Virus record (IMG/VR): IMGVR_UViG_3300008117_000099
From: an uncultured virus (IMG/VR IMGVR_UViG_3300008117_000099)
Taxonomy: Duplodnaviria > Heunggongvirae > Uroviricota > Caudoviricetes
Strand: one strand, 5' to 3'
DNA: 64,000 bases
Both the position numbers and the translations under genes were made by a program. Numbering within the stretch: position 1 is the stretch's first letter; each line of letters opens with the position of its first letter. Below are positions 56,326 to 64,000 of the stretch, in pieces. Below the pieces are notes generated by a model. That model ran no database searches. It was not told where the DNA came from and worked only from the letters and a program-made list of their open reading frames with translations.

Positions 56326-57105
56326 TTATTTGATTGGGGTAGTGGTTCCTGTCGTAGTGGTTGGGGTTGTCGACGTTGGTTTTGTTTGCGACGCTGTGCC
56401 ACTAGACGCTCCTGCCTTACGAGTACGAGTACGTTTTGGAGTTGAAGATGCTGTAGGTGCTGTAGTTGTTCCAGCGCTATCTGTTGTAAATTGACGAGAA
56501 CTTCCTACACCAGCAACGTATTCAACACCTTCTCTTATTGGTGCTGGCGGCTTACCCGCCCAATCATCTGCCTTGTCTCTTCCAACATGTGCAGCATAAT
56601 TTCTATATGTGTTAGCAGCCTCTGCAGGGCTTAGTTCTCCACTATCTACACGAGATTGAATCTTCTTAACAGTGTTGCGCGGTCCGCCAGGTTTCTTTGG
56701 TTTTGGAGTATCGTCTCCACCAAAAGGCTTTACATCTCCAGAAGGAAATGCCATGGCGCCCATCTTTGTTCTAAATCCACCTTTTGCATCCATGTCGTAA
56801 TCTGTTACTTCTGGATTAGCTCCGCGGAATCTTGTAAATAAATCTGCTTGATGTTCACGGCCAAACGTCATACGTGCAGTATCTCTAGTTGCACGAACGT
56901 CGCCTAGCTCTGCTTCACGAGTCTTACCTTGATTGGTATAAGTTTGAGCGTTTGCATTTAACTGGTCTTGAAGTTCCGCTTGATGCGACATCAACTTCAT
57001 TTGGTCTTTAACGCTTACAAATTGACGTCCGCTTCCAATACCGGCCATCAATGCTTTCAATCCGCCGCTGTCTGAAACTCCAGAGGATAATCCGCTTCTA
57101 GGCAT
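56326..57105 (-). CDS. Hypothetical low-complexity protein
   Basis: ORF with SD AAAGGA. Confidence 0.6.
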   Translation of the reverse strand: MPRSGLSSGVSDSGGLKALMAGIGSGRQFVSVKDQMKLMSHQAELQDQLNANAQTYTNQGKTREAELGDVRATRDTARMTFGREHQADLFTRFRGANPEVTDYDMDAKGGFRTKMGAMAFPSGDVKPFGGDDTPKPKKPGGPRNTVKKIQSRVDSGELSPAEAANTYRNYAAHVGRDKADDWAGKPPAPIREGVEYVAGVGSSRQFTTDSAGTTTAPTASSTPKRTRTRKAGASSGTASQTKPTSTTPTTTTGTTTPIK

Positions 57106-57218
57106 AATCTAGTTCCTTTCCCTTAGTAGGGGCTCTGTCCCCACTGATTGGGTCAATAAAGTCTTCCCAGCTAAATACTGGTTCTTTATCGCACTGCCCG
57201 TCAGCGTAAGCCATGCGA

Positions 57219-57323
57219 TTATTCTAAGTGCTTCTCTTCGCACATTCTTGCTAAATCCGGAACTACATAGCGCTTTCCGCATAAAGCGCATGTCCAGCGC
57301 TTTATGCGGTCAGCATCATCCAT
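57219..57323 (-). CDS. Tiny zinc-finger-like protein (34 aa)
   Basis: WTCALCGKRYVVPDLARMCEEKH; abuts the endolysin stop. Confidence 0.5.
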   Translation of the reverse strand: MDDADRIKRWTCALCGKRYVVPDLARMCEEKHLE

Positions 57324-57881
57324 TTACTTACCGCAGGTTGGGCACTTAGCTGGGGCTGCAGCAGCTGGGGCTGCAGATGCTCCCTTGAACTTTGGGCGAC
57401 CAAAACCAACGATTGAGATTTGAACCTTCTTAGGGTTTTTCTTAAAGGCGCGAAGTTTCTTAGAAACTTGACCACCATTACGTTGGCTACCCTTTTCATC
57501 TGGGCTAGTGTTTCCTTCGATGCACCAAACTGTGCCATCGCCGTTGTCCTTGATAACAATTCCTACGTGAGAAATTCTATCGACACCGTCTGAGGGGAAA
57601 TCAAAATAGGCGATATCTCCTGGTTCTGGGTCTGCGATGTCTCCATCAATCCATGCGCCAGCTTTCTTAAATGCTGCTGCTCCGCCTGGGGTGTAAACGG
57701 TATTAGGTACCTTTACTCCAGCTTCGTTAGCGCACCAGTTTACGAATGACCCACACCACGGCTGAAAGTTAGCCTTGGTATAAGCGCCGTACTTTGTTTC
57801 GTTATCTTTAGGACCTTCAATGGTTCCTAGTTCTGCGGTAGCGACTTCAATAAGTCGTGCTGCTGTTCCTTGGTCTGCCAT
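57324..57881 (-). CDS. CHAP-domain endolysin
   Basis: QPWCGSFVNW, PGDIAYFD, SHVGIV, IEGNTS. Confidence 0.9.
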   Translation of the reverse strand: MADQGTAARLIEVATAELGTIEGPKDNETKYGAYTKANFQPWCGSFVNWCANEAGVKVPNTVYTPGGAAAFKKAGAWIDGDIADPEPGDIAYFDFPSDGVDRISHVGIVIKDNGDGTVWCIEGNTSPDEKGSQRNGGQVSKKLRAFKKNPKKVQISIVGFGRPKFKGASAAPAAAAPAKCPTCGK

Positions 57882-58273
57882 TACTTGTCCTCCTTAGCCC
57901 AATCTTCATCAACTGGTTGTTCTTCAGGAACTTGACCGTCTGGCTTAGTTGCTGCTGCGTAAGTTACCGCTCCAGCAGCACTGATTGTGATGTCAGTTCC
58001 GTTTTGCTTAGCCTCTACCTGAAGGTCAGCTGCACTCTTTGCCTTTGTATCAACTGCAGCAAATGCAGCGTTGATTTCGTCAAGGTCAAGTTTTCCGTCG
58101 TTCATAAAGCCACGAGCTAGTTTTTCAACAACTGCAGCAACTGCTGTAAGACCAGCAACAGTTACAGCTGTAATAGTGTCAACACCAGCAATAGCTCCGG
58201 CACCAATAACTGAAAGACCGCTAGCTGCAAAAGTAGCGACAATTCTTAAAATAATATTTCCAATTGATTTCAT
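57881..58273 (-). CDS. Holin-like membrane protein
   Basis: Hydrophobic N-half; NDGKLDLDEINAAF; coupled to the endolysin. Confidence 0.6.
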   Translation of the reverse strand: MKSIGNIILRIVATFAASGLSVIGAGAIAGVDTITAVTVAGLTAVAAVVEKLARGFMNDGKLDLDEINAAFAAVDTKAKSAADLQVEAKQNGTDITISAAGAVTYAAATKPDGQVPEEQPVDEDWAKEDK

Positions 58274-58440
58274 TCTTCATCCTTAGGGTTTCGTAGTGGA
58301 TACGTAACTGCCCAGGCAACAAGAGTTCCAATAATTGCGTATCCGACGACTGTTTTTGCTGAACCGTCTAGTACTACCCATGCAATGAACATGCCAAGCA
58401 GTGTCCATAGTTGGTCAATCATGTCTCTTATGATTCTCAA
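58270..58440 (-). CDS. Small 2-TM membrane protein (56 aa)
   Basis: [28 protein letters not shown]; overlaps neighbours by 4 nt. Confidence 0.65.
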   Translation of the reverse strand: MRIIRDMIDQLWTLLGMFIAWVVLDGSAKTVVGYAIIGTLVAWAVTYPLRNPKDEE

Positions 58441-60769
58441 GGTTTACGTCTCCTATATCCTTTTAATTCTCCAGAGACGCCTCCGCCTCCAGAATTTCCG
58501 CCGCTACCTCCAGAACCACCAGTGCTGCCACCTGTGGTACCTGCTGCAGCTGCAACTGCATTCATAGCAGCGCCTGCTGCAACAACAGCAGCAACTACCA
58601 TTTCTTGTGCTTCTTCACGTTCTTCTGGACTCATATCAGCACCGATACTTCCAAGTGCTTGTAATGCTTCGCCAGGGTCGCTAAATATTGCGCCAATTAA
58701 TTCTGATGGGTTCTCTAATAAAACAAGAGCCGCAGCAACGTCTGCTGTAATTATAACTTCGTTACCGTTCTCATCCTTCCTAACCTCGACTGGAGTTTCT
58801 GCAGGAAGGTCTTTATATTCAAGCCCTGCTTCTTTTATTGCTTCAGCAGTGACTGCTTCTCCAGGAGCAACAGATGCAATAAGAGCTTCAGCAACAACAG
58901 CCTTTTCTTCAGCAGTTAACTTCCCATCGGCTAACGCCTCCGTTACAGCTTCTGCTACAGTTGGGGCTTCTTCAATAGGAGGTTCTGATGGTTCTGTGGA
59001 CGGATTTTCTTGCTCTGGCTCTGGTGACTCTGGTTGTGGTTCTGTTTCCTCAGGTGTACCGGGTTCAAGGGGAGCCTCGGGCTCTTCGACTGGTGATTCG
59101 GGCTCTACCGGTTCTTCTGGGTTTTCTGTGGGTGTCTCTGGCTCTTCTGTGGGCTGCTCAGGGGTAGGCTCTGATGGTGTCTCAGGTTCAGGCTCAGGCT
59201 CTGGTTCAGGCTCTGGAGTCGGCTCAGGAACAGGTTCTGGCTCTGGCTCAGGCTCAGGCTCGGGTTCTGGGGTTGGTGGCTGCACAGGTTCAGGAGTTGG
59301 TTCAGGTTGAGGTTCAGGCTGCGGTTCAGGCTGAGGAGTCGGCTCTGGTTGCGGGGTTGGAACTGGTTCAGGATTAGGAGCAGGTTCAGGTGAAGGTTCG
59401 GGTTGTGGTTCTGGCTGTGGTGTCGGCTCTGGTTGCGGCTGTGGTGTTGGTTCTGGTTGCGGTGCGGGAGTTGGCTCAGGTGTTGGAGTCGGCTGAGGTT
59501 GAGGCTGAGGAGTAGGTTCAGGTGTCGGAGTTGGTTCTGGGATTGGTGTTGGGGTTGGTTCTGGCTGCGGTGTTGGTGTTGGCTCTGGTGTTGGTTCTGG
59601 TGTGGGTGTGGGAGTCGGAGTGGGCTCAGGTGATGGCTCGGGCGCGGGCTGAACAGGAGTTTGAAGAGCAGTAACGGCTGTAGCAACGGTTGCTGTTGCT
59701 GTATCTGCTAAAGCGTTTGCCGTAGCAATTGCTGTTGTTGCTGCAGTTTGAGCAGCTTGAATAACTTCATTTGTAACATTAGACATGGCTTGTACAGGTT
59801 GACCTGCAGTTTCTCTTACACCAGTACGTTGCGGATACCAAAGATTAGTGGTGTTTCCAGCAACAGTTCCAATACCCGTCCACTCACCAGTTGTTGGGTT
59901 AACGGTCATTTTCCAATTAATGTTAGTTATAGGGGCGTTGTTATCACCAAATTTTTTAAGGTTCCAATCAACTTCTAGAGTTGTTTCTGTGGTAGTCACT
60001 ACCGTAGAGGTGCCTGTACCAGCATTCATATAGTCGCTGGCAAAGACTGAAATGCTTGGTCCACCAGGGAAGTCCCACCAAGTATGGTCCCCAGTGCCAA
60101 AGGTAATAGTTGCTTTTGAGTATTTTCTGGAGCAGAGGAGAGGGCGTCAGCAGCAGCTTGAGCGGTAGCGGCTGTGACTGTTGCGCTTTCAGCAGCTGTT
60201 ATAGCTGTTTGTGCGGTAGCAACAGGAACTGCGGCAGCAGTTTGTTGTTCCGTACTTGCACCTTCAATAGCTGTATTTAATGTTACAGTTGCGCTCTCAA
60301 TTTTTGTTTGAACGGAGGTTACAGTTGGAGTCTCTACTACTGTTGGTGGCGTTTGCGATGGGCTGGGTTGTGGGCTGGATTCAGGGGACGGAGCCGTTGA
60401 AGCGGAAGGTGAAGGAGTTGCAGTCGGCTCCGATGGAGCGGATACTGGGGCTGGAGCAACGGGCTCGGGAGTTGGAGTCGGAGTTGCAGTGGAAGTCGGC
60501 TCGGGTGTTGGCGTTGGAGTCGGACTTGGACCGGGTGAACTCGAAGTTGATGTGGTTTCAGAAGGACTAGAAGATGTTGCTGTTGAGGTTTCTGTTGGGG
60601 ATGGCGTCGCTGTTGGCGATGGCGTACTACTTTGCGAAGTTTCTTGGGTAGACTCTTCTGCGTAGACAGCAGTCATCGTAAGAAGCAGGAATATCAATCC
60701 TGCTCCTAAAATAAAATATATTCGTGTAAAGACCCCGTGTAGTGCTGCGAATATACGCAGTGGATTCAT
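58437..60769 (-). pseudogene. Large Pro/Glu/Thr-rich exported surface protein split by a frameshift near 60120 (ORFs 60026..60769 and 58437..60029)
   Basis: Signal peptide in the first ORF; (PE/PT/PQ)n stalk and hydrophobic/basic C-terminus in the second; the downstream frame is open and protein-like upstream of its ATG. Confidence 0.65.
59030..59650 (-). repeat. Degenerate PEP/PTP/PQP codon repeats
   Basis: Repeated ggttcagg/ggctctgg units. Confidence 0.85.
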
Positions 60770-60783
60770 TTACATAAAGTGTA

Positions 60784-60984
60784 CTAAATTAACACACTTT
60801 CTGGGTCCCAAACAGAAATTGCTTTATCTGCAATCTTATCTTTTTTATCTTTTGCATGATGTCCGCAAAACATTAATTCACCGTTTAAAAATGTAAAAAC
60901 AACTTTTGCGGCAGCACTGCAAGAATCACAGCGGTCGTTAGCAGTTAGTGGTTCTCTAGTTACAACTTCCTGTACATCTGTCAT
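60784..60984 (-). CDS. Actinobacterial-type small zinc protein (DUF7455-like)
   Basis: LTANDRCDSC.A.A...GELMFCGHH. Confidence 0.75.
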   Translation of the reverse strand: MTDVQEVVTREPLTANDRCDSCSAAAKVVFTFLNGELMFCGHHAKDKKDKIADKAISVWDPESVLI

Positions 60985-61002
60985 TACCGCTCCTTTGTTT
61001 AG

Positions 61003-61030
61003 TGAGCAGTTTTAAGACTTGCTCAGGTCT
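61003..61030 (-). other. Compact H-type RNA pseudoknot candidate
   Basis: AGAC-C-UGAGCA-A-GUCU-UAAAAC-UGCUCA. Confidence 0.55.
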
Positions 61031-61038
61031 GACCAAGG

Positions 61039-61533
61039 TTACTTGATTTTTATTACTTTTGGCTTCTTTTCTTCAGGAACTTTGCGGTCTAAACTAATGG
61101 TAAGGATGCCGTTCTCTAACTTAGCGTTAGTTACTTCAACATACTCACCTAGCACAAAGCTTTGAGTAAAGGTCCGGGCTGCAATGCCCTTGTGTACATA
61201 CGATTCATCTTTTGTTTTCTTAGAGCCACCTTCAATTTTTAGGTTGCTGTCTTCTACTGAAATGGTTAGGTCTTCTTTACTAAAGCCGGCCACAGCCATT
61301 TCAATTTCATACTTAACGCCGTCTTCAACTTCTTTAATGTTGTACGGTGGATAAGTAACTGCTTTGGAAGATTTTTGTAGTTCCTGTAGTAGCGCAAATT
61401 GATGGTCAAACCCTACAGTCCACGATTGTAGAAATGGACGTAGTAAGGTAAATGGGTCTGGTAGTGGTTTTGGTTCTAGAGCAATGGACTTTGGTTTGTC
61501 CCATGGTTCTTTATATGGATAGCCTGATGCCAT
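61039..61533 (-). CDS. hsp20: Small heat-shock protein (Hsp20/IbpA-like)
   Basis: YPPYNI, IEMAVAGF, HKGIAARTF, NGILTI, PEEKKP..I.I. Confidence 0.95.
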   Translation of the reverse strand: MASGYPYKEPWDKPKSIALEPKPLPDPFTLLRPFLQSWTVGFDHQFALLQELQKSSKAVTYPPYNIKEVEDGVKYEIEMAVAGFSKEDLTISVEDSNLKIEGGSKKTKDESYVHKGIAARTFTQSFVLGEYVEVTNAKLENGILTISLDRKVPEEKKPKVIKIK

Positions 61534-61616
61534 AATTCCCTCCTTAGACGAGAATTAACTAAGGACTCCCATTTGGCGAGTCATAGGTAAAACTACACTA
61601 AGAAGAAAAATATTTC

Positions 61617-61883
61617 CTATTTTTTAGATTTTTTTGCGGCTTTTTTTGCAGTCTTTTTTGCGGCTACCTGTTGCTCATAGGATTGACCTGGGAAATCTGG
61701 TTCAAAAGTAGTGGCCTTCTTATCGCCACCTTTTGCTTTCCAAGTGTCTTGAGCCCATGCAGCATCTGCCTCACGCTGAGCTCGTTGTGAAGCTAGAGTC
61801 TTAGGGTCACGGCTAGGAAGCTCTGCCTGTAGCGCTTTAATATTAATTACGTCCCACTGACCAGGGGTTGAGCCTGCCATCAC
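61617..61883 (-). CDS. Small basic hypothetical protein
   Basis: AAKK-repeat tail; SD AGGAGG. Confidence 0.6.
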   Translation of the reverse strand: MMAGSTPGQWDVINIKALQAELPSRDPKTLASQRAQREADAAWAQDTWKAKGGDKKATTFEPDFPGQSYEQQVAAKKTAKKAAKKSKK

Positions 61884-62056
61884 ATGCCTCCTAAATATTT
61901 CTTGCGGTTTGCTGAAAATGACTGTTGTTTCTTAACAGCTTCTTGAACTTCAGCAGAAGATGTCTTCAAGACTTCAGGGTCATTCTTAGCAAGGTGAACT
62001 TGCCACATGAATTCCTCTAAACGCTTTGATGGTTCATCTTGCTGACGATTAATCAC
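61880..62056 (-). CDS. Small hypothetical protein (58 aa)
   Basis: GTG start; GTGA overlaps on both sides. Confidence 0.55.
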   Translation of the reverse strand: MINRQQDEPSKRLEEFMWQVHLAKNDPEVLKTSSAEVQEAVKKQQSFSANRKKYLGGM

Positions 62057-62343
62057 TTCTCGTTCTCTTTCTTTCCTGCACGGCGCTTGTTTTCTTTAGC
62101 GGTGTTCTTGCCATGCTTTAGAGGACGTAGGTTGCTGCCCTTGTCATTATTGTGGTTATTGTCCTTGTGGTCCACATCTGTGTCCTTAGACAACTTTCCA
62201 TGCTTTGACTCGTAATCGGCCCTAGCTTTGTTTTTAGAGGTGGTAACCCACTTGCCGCCTACCTTTTTCTTGTAGACATAGATTGGACGTCCGCCATTGG
62301 CCTTGGAGCCCTTATATGGGCCAAACTTTTTGGTCTCAGCCAT
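62053..62343 (-). CDS. HNH endonuclease-like protein
   Basis: DVDHKDNNHNND..SNLR.L....N. Confidence 0.75.
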   Translation of the reverse strand: MAETKKFGPYKGSKANGGRPIYVYKKKVGGKWVTTSKNKARADYESKHGKLSKDTDVDHKDNNHNNDKGSNLRPLKHGKNTAKENKRRAGKKENEK

Positions 62344-62480
62344 TACTTCTTAACTTTCTTTGGTTTAGCAACCTTTTTCTTTCCCGAACCTTCAGGAACG
62401 CAATTAGGTACTTTCTTACCGTTTTTAGTTTTAAAACCTACTTGAACGTAACCATCCCAACAAGGACCTTGCTTAGCCAT
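62343..62480 (-). CDS. Small basic protein with CWDGY...VPNCV motif (45 aa)
   Basis: MAKQGPCWDGYVQVGFKTKNGKKVPNCVP; TAATG coupling. Confidence 0.65.
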   Translation of the reverse strand: MAKQGPCWDGYVQVGFKTKNGKKVPNCVPEGSGKKKVAKPKKVKK

Positions 62481-62692
62481 TATTTTTTCTCCTTCTTGTG
62501 AGGATTATCTTTGTGCCAATCCTTTACAGCTTTGACACCTTCTTTGACAGTTTTTGAACCGCCCTTTTTAGTCAAGTTAATTTTATCGTATTTTCCCGCT
62601 TTGGCTTTTGCCTCGTGGTCAACAACAACATCACCCTTTTTGTTCTTCTTAACAGTGTGTTTAATACCTTGTACTTTAATTGTCTTTTTCAT
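62480..62692 (-). CDS. Small basic hypothetical protein
   Basis: Lys-rich ORF. Confidence 0.6.
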   Translation of the reverse strand: MKKTIKVQGIKHTVKKNKKGDVVVDHEAKAKAGKYDKINLTKKGGSKTVKEGVKAVKDWHKDNPHKKEKK

Positions 62693-62698
62693 GACGTC

Positions 62699-62953
62699 CT
62701 AGAACATTGAACCTGGACGCTGTGCATCATTACGTCCTTGATTCATGTATTCATTACGACCAGCAACGGCTCCTCTAACAGCTGCTTGCGGTACTGCAGA
62801 CTTAGCGCCTTGAATTGCAGCAGATTTCATAGCTGTCATTCCTGCACCTTCTGCTGCTGCACCTGCCGCACCTTGTGCAGCACCTCTTGCAAGCATAGGG
62901 GCTGCGGCGCGAGCAACCGCTCCAAGAATTGGTAAAAGTACTGGGGCTGGCAT
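62699..62953 (-). CDS. Ala-rich hypothetical protein
   Basis: SD GAGG. Confidence 0.55.
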   Translation of the reverse strand: MPAPVLLPILGAVARAAAPMLARGAAQGAAGAAAEGAGMTAMKSAAIQGAKSAVPQAAVRGAVAGRNEYMNQGRNDAQRPGSMF

Positions 62954-62955
62954 AA

Positions 62956-63165
62956 TTACCTCATATCCATATTACGTTTTGATTTGTTTAAAACATCAAT
63001 GGCATTCTCTGACACAGAATACCGTCCATAGCTTGGACGTGGGCCCGAAAACATTCCGTTATTAATATTGCGGAACTCTTTGACGCGGGAGGTACCTGTA
63101 CGTACACCTAGTGCATTCTGTGCACGAGTAGGTCCTAGAGCTGGGTCTTTCATATGCTCCACCAT
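62956..63165 (-). CDS. Hypothetical protein (likely start 63153)
   Basis: ORF in a tight operon. Confidence 0.55.
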   Translation of the reverse strand: MVEHMKDPALGPTRAQNALGVRTGTSRVKEFRNINNGMFSGPRPSYGRYSVSENAIDVLNKSKRNMDMR

Positions 63166-63311
63166 CCTTCATATTTAGCGTTCGGGTTTGCTTCTTTCCA
63201 TTCACGCATTAACTTGATTTCTTCTTCCCAGTTAATCTCGTGAGTCAAACGTCCACATAGAGAACAGACCTCTTCGTTCATGTTCTCGTATATGTGTTTG
63301 CAGTTTGTCAT
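63150..63311 (-). CDS. Small zinc-binding-like protein (53 aa)
   Basis: CKH...CSLCG..TH; ATGA overlaps. Confidence 0.55.
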   Translation of the reverse strand: MTNCKHIYENMNEEVCSLCGRLTHEINWEEEIKLMREWKEANPNAKYEGWWSI

Positions 63312-63451
63312 TTTTTATCTTTGTTTGAAGGGGGCCAAGTATCAAGTACTGCAGCAATTCTTCCATCCTTGCGTAGACGAACAATCTTGCCATCCTTGAT
63401 TTGAATAGGATTAAACTTAATGTGCTTCATGTATGAACCGCTGCTACTCAT
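63308..63451 (-). CDS. Small hypothetical protein (47 aa)
   Basis: FNPIQIKDGKIVRLRKDG; coupled ends. Confidence 0.55.
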   Translation of the reverse strand: MSSSGSYMKHIKFNPIQIKDGKIVRLRKDGRIAAVLDTWPPSNKDKK

Positions 63452-63776
63452 TTCTACTCGTCGCTTTCAACTCAGAGTTAGGGTTGCGGTCAACTTCTTT
63501 ACGTGCTCTACGTACATTTGGACTATCGGTAGCGGCATTGTTAGGTGCTTGCTCCATAAGGTGCGCCAGGATGTCTCGTCCACCACGCTGTCCTTTGTTA
63601 AAAGCAGCAATACGTGATGCGGCCCATTCCTGGTCTAACTTCTCTGCATCTTGCAGTGTTAGAGGTCCACGTTCTTTTTGTGCAGTAAGAATGTGCTCTA
63701 TAGCTTCTGGATGAAATCGGCTTGATAGATATCGGGAGGTTAATCCCTTTGCAGAATACTTACCCATTTGGGTCAC
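63444..63776 (-). CDS. Hypothetical protein
   Basis: ORF in operon. Confidence 0.55.
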   Translation of the reverse strand: MTQMGKYSAKGLTSRYLSSRFHPEAIEHILTAQKERGPLTLQDAEKLDQEWAASRIAAFNKGQRGGRDILAHLMEQAPNNAATDSPNVRRARKEVDRNPNSELKATSRNE

Positions 63777-64000
63777 TCAATCCTAGGTAGTCCATCGCCT
63801 TATCAAAAGTACTTTTGCGCTTTTCAACTGGCTTTGACATAGCAATTGCTTCATCTTCATGCTTTGTCATCTCTGGGCTATCTTTGCCGCGGTTCAAAGG
63901 GATTGGCACAGTTTGTCCAGTGCGTTCTTTGACTCGACGAGTAGCAGTAAGGTCGATAACGCGGTGTGAGTCACTTGCACGGTTAGCAGGTGCTGTGCCA
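63760..64000 (-). CDS. Partial hypothetical protein (start outside window)
   Basis: Open frame ...SHRVIDLTATRRVKE...YLGLSDPNG*. Confidence 0.5.
   Translation of the reverse strand, partial: GTAPANRASDSHRVIDLTATRRVKERTGQTVPIPLNRGKDSPEMTKHEDEAIAMSKPVEKRKSTFDKAMDYLGLSDPNG

Noticed and set aside
58411..59686. Long alternative ORFs (58411..59310 +, 59105..59686 -)
   Set aside because: By-products of stop-poor Pro codon repeats
1..64000. tRNA genes, introns/inteins and stop-codon reassignment
   Set aside because: No cloverleaf in the short intergenic gaps; polA, dnaB and terL are normal length; ORFs tile densely under the standard code

Overview
This 64-kb window is a continuous segment of a tailed dsDNA phage with a contractile tail, most likely infecting Actinobacteria (inferred from leaderless TANNNT promoters, a DUF7455-like protein, and PASTA and SLT proteins). 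Almost all genes are on the minus strand. In transcription order (high to low coordinates) they are: small basic genes and Hsp20, a Pro-rich surface protein, lysis and cell-wall genes, terminase, portal, scaffold, major capsid, a triplicated neck-region fibre cluster, sheath/tube/tape measure/baseplate, an adhesin with a modification cassette, then a replication module (initiator, DnaC-like loader, DnaB, primase, dNMP kinase, SNF2 helicase, SSB, family A polymerase). The best candidate for a new system is 14131-18488: a GT60-like (Skp1 Hyp/Thr GlcNAc-transferase type) glycosyltransferase, a 2OG-Fe(II) dioxygenase and a Cys-cluster protein sit directly behind a Cys-rich (Pro-Thr)n adhesin, suggesting phage-encoded proline hydroxylation and O-glycosylation of a mucin-like virion protein. 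Also notable are several cis-RNA elements (an anti-SD pseudoknot before polA, a compact H-type pseudoknot after hsp20, an sRNA/attenuator before terL), a +1 shifty stop in the tail chaperone, a shared late-promoter motif, and three local rearrangements that may be assembly artefacts. No tRNA, CRISPR array, integrase or reverse transcriptase was seen. All family calls come from motif recognition by eye, not database searches.
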